Notes: generated from the sequence alone by a model not told the origin. A DNA stretch of 32,000 nt from Alphaproteobacteria bacterium (GCA_017475605.1 JAFVFD010000005.1:60001-92000); one strand, 5' to 3'. Positions 16,195 through 25,806 are shown, numbered from the stretch's first letter. Program-made: numbers and translations.

Positions 16195-19100
16195 TTACAG
16201 ACCGAAAGTGATACCTGCGCGGAATGCCCAATCACTTGTTCCGCCGTATGATGCACCAGCATTCAACAACACATGGTCATTAAAGTAATGGAATGCACCA
16301 ACCGCGACACCTGCACGATCGGCATACGCACCCGTACCGATTGATATCTGGGTATCACCGCAATCACGCGCATTTGGAACCAACGCCGTCAAAGCAGCCA
16401 TTGATGCCATACCGCTGTTGACTTTCTTTTCCAACTTTTCAACCTTGTGATCGACTTTCGCTATGTTGGAATCCAGGACACGTACCGCTTCGGACAAATC
16501 GGTAACAGATGCCAGGTAATTTGTTCCATCAAATGTCATATTACCAATCAAATTACCCGTTGTTTCCAATGCGGTTGCGACATCTGTTTTCGCCGCGTTA
16601 TTGATAGCGGTATTAAGCGATGCCAAACTGCTGCGGTCGCCGATTGCGGAATCAATCGCAGTCAGGTGTTCTTCAACCGTTGTCCCGGTGGCAAGGTTAC
16701 CCTTGTATGTGCCGGCACTTTCCAACTTGGTCTTTAACCCATGGATTGTCCCCAGGGTTGCGTCAATGTTATTCAATGCCGCGACAACTGTTGTTGGTGT
16801 TGTTGTACCGCCATTAGCCAGCGCATTACCGACCGAGTTCGCATCGTCGCGCGCGTTCAACCCGCTCATATCGCCTATTGTCGCATCCAGGTTGGCAATC
16901 GCCGCGTTCAATGTTGCGCCGGATACATTACTGCCACTTGTGATGGTGTTGGTATAGGTCGCATCTTCGGCCTGATTCTTGATGGTTGCGACCACACTTG
17001 ATGTTGTGGCCAACGCGGAATCAGAACCCGCCACATTACGTGCCAGACCCGCCGTATCAATCGATGTTATGGTGCTGGTCCCCAATGTGATTGAATCGGT
17101 TGCGGTCAATGTTTTGCCGGATACACCGTTTGTTGCAGACAAAGAATCTGCTGATACTGCGCCGGTAAATGTCGCGGTTGAACCAGACAGCGCGCCGGTT
17201 ACACCCAATGTGCCACCAACCGTCGCATTACCCGCAATTGTCGCCGCCGCCGCGGTCAGACCAGTCGACGTCAATGTGTTGTTCGCATCAACTGTAAATC
17301 CGTTCGCCGCCGTTACAGATGCCAATGTTGCAGCACCGTTTTCGTCAATACTGTAATCAGAGCCAAACTTTACACCCTTTTCGGCAACAATTTGTTTTTC
17401 AAATGTGTTGGTTCCTGTAAAGGTGTTGTCCGTATCTGTTCCGACCGCTGTTGTCGCGATTGTATTAACCGCATCAACCAACGACACAGTATCACCGATT
17501 TTTTCACCACTTAAGATACCGGTTGTTGCAGCGGTGGTTTGCGCGTCGCCAACAACGTTCTGTAACGCATCAACCCCTGCATCCAAATTGCTTAACGCGC
17601 CCGCGATAGTAGTTGTCGACCCGATAACCTCTTTTGATGTCAATGCATTTTGTAATTGGTTATTTACATTTTCATCAACATCAACCCCCAGCAAGTTTTC
17701 CGCCCAATCGTGTGCCTGGTTATATACCGCGGTTACACCGGCTTCAACTGTGCTTAAGGCACCGGCAATCTTGTAATCGACAGAACCGACCGTTGACGCA
17801 TCGCCGTTCAAGACATCAATTGCGTCTTTGTTTGCAGCAATGTTTGTTGCATTTGTCGCAATGGCATCGGCATTTGTTTTGGCCTGGCCATCCAATGTCT
17901 TCAAAGCACCGCTAAACGATGTATCACCCCCAAGGTAATTTGTCGTTCCCAAAGCGGCCTGTAACGCATCATCTGCATCATTTGCAGTGGAATCAATACC
18001 CAACGCGGTATTCATCCATGCTTCTGCTTGATTCCATGCGGTCGTTGCGGTCGTTGCGATATTTGCAATTGCCGCCGTATTCGCATTGATTGCCCCGGCG
18101 ACAGTTTTATCCGTTACCGAAGCATCATTCAAGACATCAATTTTCATCTTGCCGGCAACCAGGTCATGTGGAAGACCGGTATTCAAATCCCAACCAAAGT
18201 CATATTGGGACATAACATCCGCACTAAGTTTCATATACTCTGCAACTGCTTCGGCTGTGGATGCCGCCGTCAATGTTTTGCCGGCGTTCGCCCCCGTTGT
18301 CAACAGTGCGCCCAGTGCATTTCTTTTATCCTTGGCTTCGACGGATGAACCGTCAATGGTTAAAATCGCCGTGTGCAAATCTGCGGCATCGACGGTGCTT
18401 GCCACAATGCGAGCATCCGCCATGGCATTTACCTGGTCTATCAGTCCGACACCCGTCGCCGCGCCCAACGCATGTGCAATGGAACTTGCATTATCGCCCG
18501 CCGCCATAAGGTCAGATTGAACGTTCATCAATTTCTTGCTTAACACATCAAATGTTGTTCCAACGGTTGCAACATTTGTCGCATTATCTGCCGCCCAAGT
18601 TGCGATTTCCGCATCGGTTGGGGTAGCAGCGTCCAGATTGGCCGCCAAGTTTGTTGCGGCGGTTGTGCCCAATGTGACTTCGCCCGATTGTGCGGCACCG
18701 GTTCCGATTTTGATTCCGGTTACCGCCGTGATATCAACCGCCTTGGCTGCATCAGGTGTCAATGCCGTGCCATTAACCTTGACAGATTGTATCGCGCTGT
18801 CTGCCTTTGTGCCCTGGGCCGCGGATGCGAATTCCGCCGCGTCATGTGTCACAACATCGCCATATGTACCCAATGTTGTGTTGATTGCTGCGACGTTGGT
18901 TGCGTTTTCATCAATTGCACCCTGCAATGTCGTAGCCGTCAAACCAGACGTTGTGTTATCATAATCTGCCAAACGTGCATTTGCCTTCATCCCGGATGCA
19001 TTTACCAATTTATCACTAAATACCAAATTCGTTCCGTCTTTTTCAACCTTGGTATAGTAATTCATTGCACCGGTAATTTGTAAATCATCCGACAACGTGG

Positions 19101-22100
19101 CATCGCCCACCGCCAGTGTTATTGAATCCGCCGTTCCATATTCAGACGATGTAAGGTTAATCGACTTAATCGTTGAACCGGTTGTTCCCGCGAACGAATC
19201 TATTGCCGGTGTTGCACCCTTCAGGTTTGCATCGACATACAGATTTGCATTTTGCACCGTTCCCAGCCCGGTATCGATATTGTTATTGCGCGTATCCAAA
19301 GACCCACCAATCAGCGAACCGCTGAACCCTGCGCCATTTGCCACGAATACATTGTTTGTATTTGCGGTATCGTTAAACACCGTTGTCCCGGACACCAGGT
19401 TCATTACACCCGCGCCAGTGATTGATGCACCCGATGCAAATTTAACACCGTTTTTCAAATCAACCGTTCCGGCATTTGCCAATGTCGCGGTTGCGCCAAA
19501 TGTATCGTTATCAAATTCGGCGGTTGCGCCGGCGACATTATTAACCGTTCCCGCATATGTAGTCGGGTCAGATTTCAACACACCAAAGTTATTAACATTT
19601 ACACCGATAAATGAATCTTTGATGTTAAGGGTTGCGCCCGCCTTGTTCACGATATCGGACGAACCAGTAAATTTAACATCGTTCAACGACAACATGGCAT
19701 TTTCAGAAACGTTCAAATCTTTCTGTAATTCGATTGCAAAACCGTCGGCACCGGTTCCAGTAATTCTGAAATCAGAATTATCGATTGAATCATCTGAATC
19801 GAACACTTCATTTTCTGTAACGGTATAGTTCAATGCCAAACGCGCACCGTCTGCATCGGTTGTTTCGACCGCGGTGTTAATACCGCCGGCGAAACCACGA
19901 ACAATCATTTGACCGTCCGCCACACCCGATGAGTTGAATGTCACACCGGTATCAGATGTAAATATTGCCTCGGCAATATCAACGGTTGTGCCGTCGGACA
20001 CGACCTGGAATGCCTTTTCGCCCGTGCCAATATCACCGTTCAGCAGATTTCCAACATAGTATTTAACCGTTCCAGCGGCGGACGCATATTTATCGGCGGT
20101 TCCGTTATTCCAGTCAATATCGCCCTTGATTCCCGCGCCATCGGCCAGGGTAATATTGGACGACAAATCTTGGATAGCATCGTCAATAGTGTTAATAATC
20201 GCACCCGACGCGACATTGATGGTTGAACCTGTCAAATCGGCATTTGTCAAATGCAGTTCACCGGAATTCACATCGACGGTGTGCTTCTTTAATGTATTTG
20301 CGATATTGGTGGTTCCTGCACCATTGATATATAACTTTGAACCTGCAACACCATCAAATCCACCAGCAAAGGTGTTTGTTTCACCCGCGCCAGAGATAAT
20401 ATTTATTGTTCCCATATTATTGTAAATATCATTTGCAGTGGATGCGGTTATATTACCATTTTCTTCATCCCACGTTACATCAGATTTGTTTCCACTGAAT
20501 GTGTTTGAACCATCAAATGTAATTGTTTTGCTTGCAGCATTAAAGATTGCACCACCCTTTTCCTTTGCAATATTGTTGGTAAATGTCGCATCTTTGATAT
20601 TCAACGTATCAAGATTACGAATTGCACCACCACCAATAACTGATGATGTTTTCGAAACCCCTGATGCTACGTTTCCGTTAAAGGTTGTGCCATCTATATT
20701 AAGGGTCCCTTTGTTGTTATATATTGCACCACCAGTCGCTGCCACGTTCTGCGAAATACTACCACCGGTTATGGTTGAGGTTTTTCCACTAGTGCTGTTA
20801 TAAATCGCACCACCATTACCGGTCGCACCTGTTCCTGCCGGCACAAGACCTAAACCTTCAACAACATAAATCGGTGCATCATTTTTAATACCACTGTTAT
20901 TATCTATTGTTGCGTTGTTTATTGTAAATCCATTACCACCATTAACCCAAATAACACCAGAACCACCGGTTGATGCATTACCGGTAATTTCAGTTCCGTC
21001 AATACTCAAACTGCCTGATGCTACATAGATAGCACCGGCTTTATTTGCCATATTGTCGGTAATGGAACCACCGCTGATTTCCAATGTTCCGCTATTGTTA
21101 TAAATCGCACCGCCGGTACCCGTTTTCATAGTTTCAGTATTACCATCAACAAGCTTACCGTTGCCGGTAAACGTATTGTTTGTTAACGTCAATTTACCAG
21201 AACCGTTATAAATCGCACCACCCGATCCACCTGTGGAAGATTTTCCGGTATAGTTACCCGAAAATGTTGTATTTGATATTTCGGCATCAACAGTTGCATT
21301 GTTTTGAATTGCACCACCATTTGTTGCCACTGTATTACCAGTAAATATCGAATTATCAATGGTTAATTCACTGGTACCAAGATTTGTAATTGCACCACCA
21401 TTTGTTGCGGTATTATTTTCAAATTTTGCATAATCAATGTCCAAACTGCCGCCGGTTGCAGCGAAAATAGCACCACCGGCGCCACTAAACTCACTGCCTT
21501 TAAACGATGCACCTTTTGTTGCATTGACTGTCAACCCAGCACCCGATGCAATATTTGTCCGACCGGTTGATTTTAAACTCTCGCTGACGGTCATATCACC
21601 ACTGTTAATTGTCAAGCCACCCGCACCAACAGCCAGGTTTTCAACCTCTATACCGTTTGCACGATTAACAACAACATTACCACTGTTAACATCCAGATTC
21701 TTTAATGCTGTATAATAGCGTCCATTTGTTGCAACGCCTGGTTCCGCCGATTCTGCGACTTCTGTTGCGGTCCATGTTGCACCATCCGTCATCTTAATCG
21801 TTGCACCGTGATTGATTTGCAATTTATCATCACTTGGTTTATCCTCATAACTTAGCACCGTGTTTCCGGTCCAGTAAGATTCCGCACCATTCAATGTCAC
21901 ATTAACCGTTGCATCAACAGGTGCCCCCGAGTTTGGCCCTTGTCTAAAATCTATATCGCCGTCCATTTTGACAGTTTTATCACCGGCGGCATTGATATTG
22001 GTTACAGAAAGACCAGATGCATAAATGGCATCTTTGCCCTTGATGGTTGCATTACCGTTAATATTTACGCGCCCCTCGCTAAGAGCAGCAATTGCAGACG

Positions 22101-22659
22101 CATTCAAATTCGTTAAATTGATTTGATTCGCAGTTAAATTAACCGTTGCATAGGTATCTGTTTGCCCTGGATCAGAGCTGTTTTGAACCCACAACGCACC
22201 ATACCCAACACCACCATCATAAGCTGGGTCATTAACAGTTGATGTAATGGAAATTGTGTCATTCGCACGCACATCAACAACACTTTTTGTCCGAACAAGA
22301 ATACCATCACCACCCGTGTTGATATTAATGGTGTTTGTGTTATCGCCCCCCAAATGCAACAGTGTCGGTTCAGTGGCACTATACACGGCATTTTTACCGA
22401 TTTCAATTGCACGTCCATCACCAGGTTCCGTAACACTTATATTTTCCGCCAACCATGTAACATTTTGATTACCAGTATATTTAAAAGAACCCGCTGTCCC
22501 TGTTGGATATAATTCATCCAATGACACATTTGTGTATTCAGCCATTGCGGGCGCGGTTGCGATTAAACCCAGTGCGATTGCGTTACACAAAATGCCATGA
22601 CGTAAAACTGCGCGATACATAGCGGTCAATTCTTTCAGTACGGTTCTGGTTTGTTTCAT
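16195..22659 (-). CDS. Trimeric autotransporter adhesin (type Vc, YadA-like anchor) with an N-terminal Pmp-type GGAI/FxxN repeat head (2154 aa)
   Basis: RBS AAAGGAGAG and a long signal peptide ending TAPAMA/EY. Residues about 394-725 carry around 10 G-G-A-I motifs alternating with FxxN (FENN, FTGN, FSGN and others). A long Ala/Thr/Asn-rich stalk has NxxAI..N-type repeats. The C-terminus ...KLEKKVNSGMASMAALTALVP...AGASYGGTSDWAFRAGITFGL is a YadA-type 4-strand anchor. Confidence 0.92.
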   Translation of the reverse strand: MKQTRTVLKELTAMYRAVLRHGILCNAIALGLIATAPAMAEYTNVSLDELYPTGTAGSFKYTGNQNVTWLAENISVTEPGDGRAIEIGKNAVYSATEPTLLHLGGDNTNTININTGGDGILVRTKSVVDVRANDTISITSTVNDPAYDGGVGYGALWVQNSSDPGQTDTYATVNLTANQINLTNLNASAIAALSEGRVNINGNATIKGKDAIYASGLSVTNINAAGDKTVKMDGDIDFRQGPNSGAPVDATVNVTLNGAESYWTGNTVLSYEDKPSDDKLQINHGATIKMTDGATWTATEVAESAEPGVATNGRYYTALKNLDVNSGNVVVNRANGIEVENLAVGAGGLTINSGDMTVSESLKSTGRTNIASGAGLTVNATKGASFKGSEFSGAGGAIFAATGGSLDIDYAKFENNTATNGGAITNLGTSELTIDNSIFTGNTVATNGGAIQNNATVDAEISNTTFSGNYTGKSSTGGSGGAIYNGSGKLTLTNNTFTGNGKLVDGNTETMKTGTGGAIYNNSGTLEISGGSITDNMANKAGAIYVASGSLSIDGTEITGNASTGGSGVIWVNGGNGFTINNATIDNNSGIKNDAPIYVVEGLGLVPAGTGATGNGGAIYNSTSGKTSTITGGSISQNVAATGGAIYNNKGTLNIDGTTFNGNVASGVSKTSSVIGGGAIRNLDTLNIKDATFTNNIAKEKGGAIFNAASKTITFDGSNTFSGNKSDVTWDEENGNITASTANDIYNNMGTINIISGAGETNTFAGGFDGVAGSKLYINGAGTTNIANTLKKHTVDVNSGELHLTNADLTGSTINVASGAIINTIDDAIQDLSSNITLADGAGIKGDIDWNNGTADKYASAAGTVKYYVGNLLNGDIGTGEKAFQVVSDGTTVDIAEAIFTSDTGVTFNSSGVADGQMIVRGFAGGINTAVETTDADGARLALNYTVTENEVFDSDDSIDNSDFRITGTGADGFAIELQKDLNVSENAMLSLNDVKFTGSSDIVNKAGATLNIKDSFIGVNVNNFGVLKSDPTTYAGTVNNVAGATAEFDNDTFGATATLANAGTVDLKNGVKFASGASITGAGVMNLVSGTTVFNDTANTNNVFVANGAGFSGSLIGGSLDTRNNNIDTGLGTVQNANLYVDANLKGATPAIDSFAGTTGSTIKSINLTSSEYGTADSITLAVGDATLSDDLQITGAMNYYTKVEKDGTNLVFSDKLVNASGMKANARLADYDNTTSGLTATTLQGAIDENATNVAAINTTLGTYGDVVTHDAAEFASAAQGTKADSAIQSVKVNGTALTPDAAKAVDITAVTGIKIGTGAAQSGEVTLGTTAATNLAANLDAATPTDAEIATWAADNATNVATVGTTFDVLSKKLMNVQSDLMAAGDNASSIAHALGAATGVGLIDQVNAMADARIVASTVDAADLHTAILTIDGSSVEAKDKRNALGALLTTGANAGKTLTAASTAEAVAEYMKLSADVMSQYDFGWDLNTGLPHDLVAGKMKIDVLNDASVTDKTVAGAINANTAAIANIATTATTAWNQAEAWMNTALGIDSTANDADDALQAALGTTNYLGGDTSFSGALKTLDGQAKTNADAIATNATNIAANKDAIDVLNGDASTVGSVDYKIAGALSTVEAGVTAVYNQAHDWAENLLGVDVDENVNNQLQNALTSKEVIGSTTTIAGALSNLDAGVDALQNVVGDAQTTAATTGILSGEKIGDTVSLVDAVNTIATTAVGTDTDNTFTGTNTFEKQIVAEKGVKFGSDYSIDENGAATLASVTAANGFTVDANNTLTSTGLTAAAATIAGNATVGGTLGVTGALSGSTATFTGAVSADSLSATNGVSGKTLTATDSITLGTSTITSIDTAGLARNVAGSDSALATTSSVVATIKNQAEDATYTNTITSGSNVSGATLNAAIANLDATIGDMSGLNARDDANSVGNALANGGTTTPTTVVAALNNIDATLGTIHGLKTKLESAGTYKGNLATGTTVEEHLTAIDSAIGDRSSLASLNTAINNAAKTDVATALETTGNLIGNMTFDGTNYLASVTDLSEAVRVLDSNIAKVDHKVEKLEKKVNSGMASMAALTALVPNARDCGDTQISIGTGAYADRAGVAVGAFHYFNDHVLLNAGASYGGTSDWAFRAGITFGL

Positions 22660-22694
22660 TGGGACTCTCCTTTCTTCACCTTGACGAATATTTT

Positions 22695-23042
22695 TTATTT
22701 TTTGTTATTGGTTGGTTGTGCCGGCTCGGTCTGAACACGACAGAGTGATATTGCCGACGAAATTGTTTGTGCAGATGCCTCGTCCACAAATTCCATTATG
22801 TTGGTTGTGGGACGCGTCTTCATTGAATTTAAAAACTTGTTAAATGCGCGAACCTGGTCATTGCTAAGGCGGTTATCAACAATGTTCGCAAAACATGCGC
22901 AATCCATTCCCGCGCCACATTGTTTCTTTAAACTGCTGCGCGCACGCGAATCGGTTGTTGCAACGAAAAACACCGCGCCCAAAACGCATATACCCCCCAG
23001 GATATAAGCCCCGCGCAGCAATATTTTATTATCTATTTGCAA
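22695..23042 (-). CDS. Small single-pass membrane protein (about 115 aa), hypothetical; start uncertain
   Basis: The ORF track frame is 22695..23249. A TTG at 23042 preceded by GGGGGAAAG gives MQIDNKILLRGAYILGGICVLGAVFFVA (a TM helix) plus a soluble domain. The upstream part of the ORF overlaps a highly structured non-coding-looking region. The gene ends 35 nt upstream of the adhesin gene. Confidence 0.45.
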   Translation of the reverse strand: MQIDNKILLRGAYILGGICVLGAVFFVATTDSRARSSLKKQCGAGMDCACFANIVDNRLSNDQVRAFNKFLNSMKTRPTTNIMEFVDEASAQTISSAISLCRVQTEPAQPTNNKK

Positions 23043-23172
23043 TTGCTTTCCCCCATGTAATAAGAATTCTTTCGATGATTTAAGATAGCACACAAAAAAC
23101 CCGGTGCAACATTTTTTGTGTCTATACAACGCATTTTTGGGGGACTTAGGAAAACAAACCCAGGTTTTGTCC

Positions 23173-23331
23173 ATACCACCAAAAACCGCTACCCCGTCGG
23201 CATTCGCCGACACCCCTTCGCCAGACGAAGGGGATTTAATCCCCTTCACATCGTGAATGGGTGGATTGCGAACAATGTGAGCAAGACGGGGTAGTTACCT
23301 GCCCCCGTACGCAGTTATGATACCACCAAAA
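23173..23331. other. Candidate structured RNA or regulatory element (multi-helix junction, unclassified)
   Basis: A 10-bp closing helix pairs 23189-23198 with 23285-23294 and encloses hairpins at 23196-23211, 23213-23233, 23228-23246 and 23246-23280. The hairpins at 23213-23233 and 23228-23246 are mutually exclusive. The whole element is bracketed by the 12-nt direct repeat ataccaccaaaa (23173-23184 and 23320-23331). Confidence 0.35.
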
Positions 23332-23396
23332 GGTTCCTATTAAAAATCGCACGCCTTGTACGCATAATAAAAATATAACAATTGGGGGGAAATAAT

Positions 23397-24476
23397 ATGA
23401 ATATGAAATACTTTGCCGCAACAATTGTCGGCATTTTGGGAATCGCACATTACGCAGATGCATGTACGGGTATTACCCTGCGCGCGAAAAACAATGATAT
23501 GGTTGTCGCACGAACTGTCGATTGGCATGGCGACGAAATGAATAACATGTATGTAATTGCGCCACGCGGACACACACAAAAATCTTTGACCCCGGACGGC
23601 AAAATGGACGGCCACGAATTCACATCGGTATATGGCTATGTTGGTATTGCGGTCCAGACACCAGATTTTGTAATCGATGGCACGAACGAGGCCGGACTTT
23701 CCGCAGGGTTATTCTATTTCCCTGAATATGGTGAATACCCCTGGTATAATAAAAATGATAAAGAAAACAGCATTGCGGACTTTGAATTGGTGGCGTGGAT
23801 GCTGTCGCGGTTTTCAACCATCGACCAAATCAAAGAAGCCATCAAAGATATTACCGTTACCAATATCGACCCGTCTGCTTCAACGGTGCATTGGCGCATC
23901 ACCGACGCGACCGGCAAACAGGTTATCCTTGAATTCATTGATGGCGAGGCGCATTTTTACGACAGCAAGGTCGGCGCGATTTCGAATTCGCCGGGCTATC
24001 CATGGCACATTACAAACCTTAATAACTATATAAACCTGGAACCCGGGACCAGCAATCCAAAAAAACTGGGCGATTTTACATTGCGACCATTTGGCTCTGA
24101 CAGCAAGATGCTGGGCCTGCCCGGCGACTTTACACCGCCATCGCGATTTATTCGTGCCGCGCTGTTAAGCAACTATTCCATACCGCAAAAGGACGGTTAT
24201 GAATCTGCGATGAAGGCGTTTCATATCTTGAACAACCTGGACGTGCCGTTGGGGGTTGAATTTGATTCCGGCCGCGCAACAAACAATATGCCGTCCGCAA
24301 CACAATGGACAATCGCAACCGATTTGGGCAACCGGGTTATTTACTATCACACGATGTATAACCGCACAATCCGTTCTATCGATATGAAGAATATTGACTT
24401 TGCGAATGTCCGGTTCCAATACGCGCCCCTGGACACAGCCAAGGTACAAACGATTATTCCAATAAAAGTAAAATAA
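23397..24476 (+). CDS. Choloylglycine hydrolase family Ntn-hydrolase (penicillin V acylase / bile salt hydrolase-like), exported
   Basis: RBS GGGGGGA. MNMKYFAATIVGILGIAHYADA/CTGITLRAKNNDMVVARTVDW shows signal peptide cleavage exposing the N-terminal nucleophile Cys, with conserved Arg and Asp positions following. Confidence 0.9.
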   Translation: MNMKYFAATIVGILGIAHYADACTGITLRAKNNDMVVARTVDWHGDEMNNMYVIAPRGHTQKSLTPDGKMDGHEFTSVYGYVGIAVQTPDFVIDGTNEAGLSAGLFYFPEYGEYPWYNKNDKENSIADFELVAWMLSRFSTIDQIKEAIKDITVTNIDPSASTVHWRITDATGKQVILEFIDGEAHFYDSKVGAISNSPGYPWHITNLNNYINLEPGTSNPKKLGDFTLRPFGSDSKMLGLPGDFTPPSRFIRAALLSNYSIPQKDGYESAMKAFHILNNLDVPLGVEFDSGRATNNMPSATQWTIATDLGNRVIYYHTMYNRTIRSIDMKNIDFANVRFQYAPLDTAKVQTIIPIKVK

Positions 24477-24535
24477 ATCGATTTACCTTTCATTTTTTCG
24501 TGTATATAATCGCCATACTATCAAAAGGAGATTAT

Positions 24536-25774
24536 ATGAAAATTAAACCATTTCGGGGTATTCGCCCACCACGCGAACTGGCAGAAGAAGTCGCATCGCG
24601 TCCGTATGATGTTCTGAACTCTGCCGAAGCAAAAGCCGAGGCCGGCGAAAAATCATTACTGCACATTATAAAACCAGAAATCGACTTTGACCCAATTGCC
24701 GGTGAACACGAACAGCGCACCTATGACAAGGCCGTTGAAAACTTCAAGAAATGGCAGGACAATGGTTGGCTGGTCGCGGATGACCGGGAAATGTATTATA
24801 TCTATGCCCAAACAATGAACGGCCGCACACAATATGGCCTGGTTGCCGCCGCGAATGTTGACGACTATATGACCGGCAAAATTAAAAAGCACGAATTGAC
24901 ACGCAAAGAAAAAGAAGATGACCGCATGATTCACGTGCGTATTCAAAACGCGAATTTGGAACCTGTGTTCTTTGCGTATCCAGATGTAGATGAAATGAAT
25001 AAAATTGTTGCGGACTTTGTTGCGAACAACGCGCCCGAATACGACTTTGTTGCGCCGGACGGTTTCGGACACACATTCTGGGCAATTCGCGACGATGCAA
25101 TAAATGCACGCATAACCGAAATCTTTAAAAACATTCCGGCAATGTATGTCGCCGATGGCCACCATCGTACCGCCGCCGCCGCACGTGTTGGCGCGGAAAA
25201 GCGCGAACAAAACCCGAACCACACCGGAAATGAAGAATACAATTATTTCTTGGCTGTGATTTTCCCATCGTCGCAATTGCACGTTATCGACTATAACCGC
25301 GTTGTGCGCGATTTGAACGGTTTAACAAAAGAAGAGTTCTTGAACAAGCTGTCTGAATCATTCGACGTTACCGAAATGGGTGCCGATATTTACAAACCAA
25401 ACAAATTACATAACTTTGGAATGTATCTGGGCGGGAAATGGTATTCGTTAACCGCGAAACCCGGCACATATAATGACAGCGACCCGATTGGTGTTCTGGA
25501 CGTAACAGTGTTATCGAACCTGGTGTTTGATAAAATCTTGAACCTGGGTGATTTGCGCACCAGCGCCCGCATCGACTTTGTCGGTGGTATTCGCGGCCTT
25601 GGCGAATTACAGAAACGTGTTGATTCCGGTGAAATGGTGGCGACATTTGCGCTGTACCCTGTTACAATGCAGCAAATTATCGATATCGCCGACACCGGCA
25701 ACATTATGCCACCAAAAACAACATGGTTTGAACCAAAATTGCGCAGTGGTTTGGTTATCCACAAATTGTCATAA
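24536..25774 (+). CDS. DUF1015 family protein
   Basis: RBS AAAGGAG. MKIKPFRGIRP....SRPYDVL N-terminus and the VADGHHR motif, as I recall for DUF1015. The ORF track start at 24500 is an extension. Confidence 0.85.
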   Translation: MKIKPFRGIRPPRELAEEVASRPYDVLNSAEAKAEAGEKSLLHIIKPEIDFDPIAGEHEQRTYDKAVENFKKWQDNGWLVADDREMYYIYAQTMNGRTQYGLVAAANVDDYMTGKIKKHELTRKEKEDDRMIHVRIQNANLEPVFFAYPDVDEMNKIVADFVANNAPEYDFVAPDGFGHTFWAIRDDAINARITEIFKNIPAMYVADGHHRTAAAARVGAEKREQNPNHTGNEEYNYFLAVIFPSSQLHVIDYNRVVRDLNGLTKEEFLNKLSESFDVTEMGADIYKPNKLHNFGMYLGGKWYSLTAKPGTYNDSDPIGVLDVTVLSNLVFDKILNLGDLRTSARIDFVGGIRGLGELQKRVDSGEMVATFALYPVTMQQIIDIADTGNIMPPKTTWFEPKLRSGLVIHKLS

Positions 25775-25777
25775 AAG

Positions 25778-25806
25778 AAACCGCCCAAACGGGCGGTTTT
25801 TATTTT
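25778..25806. terminator. Bidirectional terminator between the DUF1015 gene and the convergent 135-aa gene
   Basis: Stem aaaccgccc/gggcggttt, loop aaac, followed by ttttatttt. Confidence 0.7.

Noticed and set aside
16447-22468. About 20 plus-strand ORFs of 65-243 aa
   Set aside because: All are antisense to the 2154-aa adhesin. Their Ala/Val/Pro/Thr-rich translations mirror the adhesin's compositional bias.
23173-23331. Assignment of the structured element to a known class (cobalamin, glycine, yybP-ykoY, TPP, SRP, tmRNA, RNase P, 6S)
   Set aside because: I compared both strands by eye with the conserved cores I remember for these classes. I found only fragmentary resemblance (for example AATAGGAACC..GGTGG and GGCGAAGGGG), which is not enough to name a class.
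23043-23615. N-terminal extension of ORF 22695..23249, and ORFs 23236..23463 and 23340..23615 (minus strand)
   Set aside because: They cross the highly structured intergenic element or run antisense to the Ntn-hydrolase start. The translations are Cys/His/Arg-rich and non-protein-like, and there is no RBS.
24656-25282. 208-aa minus-strand ORF
   Set aside because: It is antisense to the DUF1015 gene, which has N-terminal and ADGHHR motifs.
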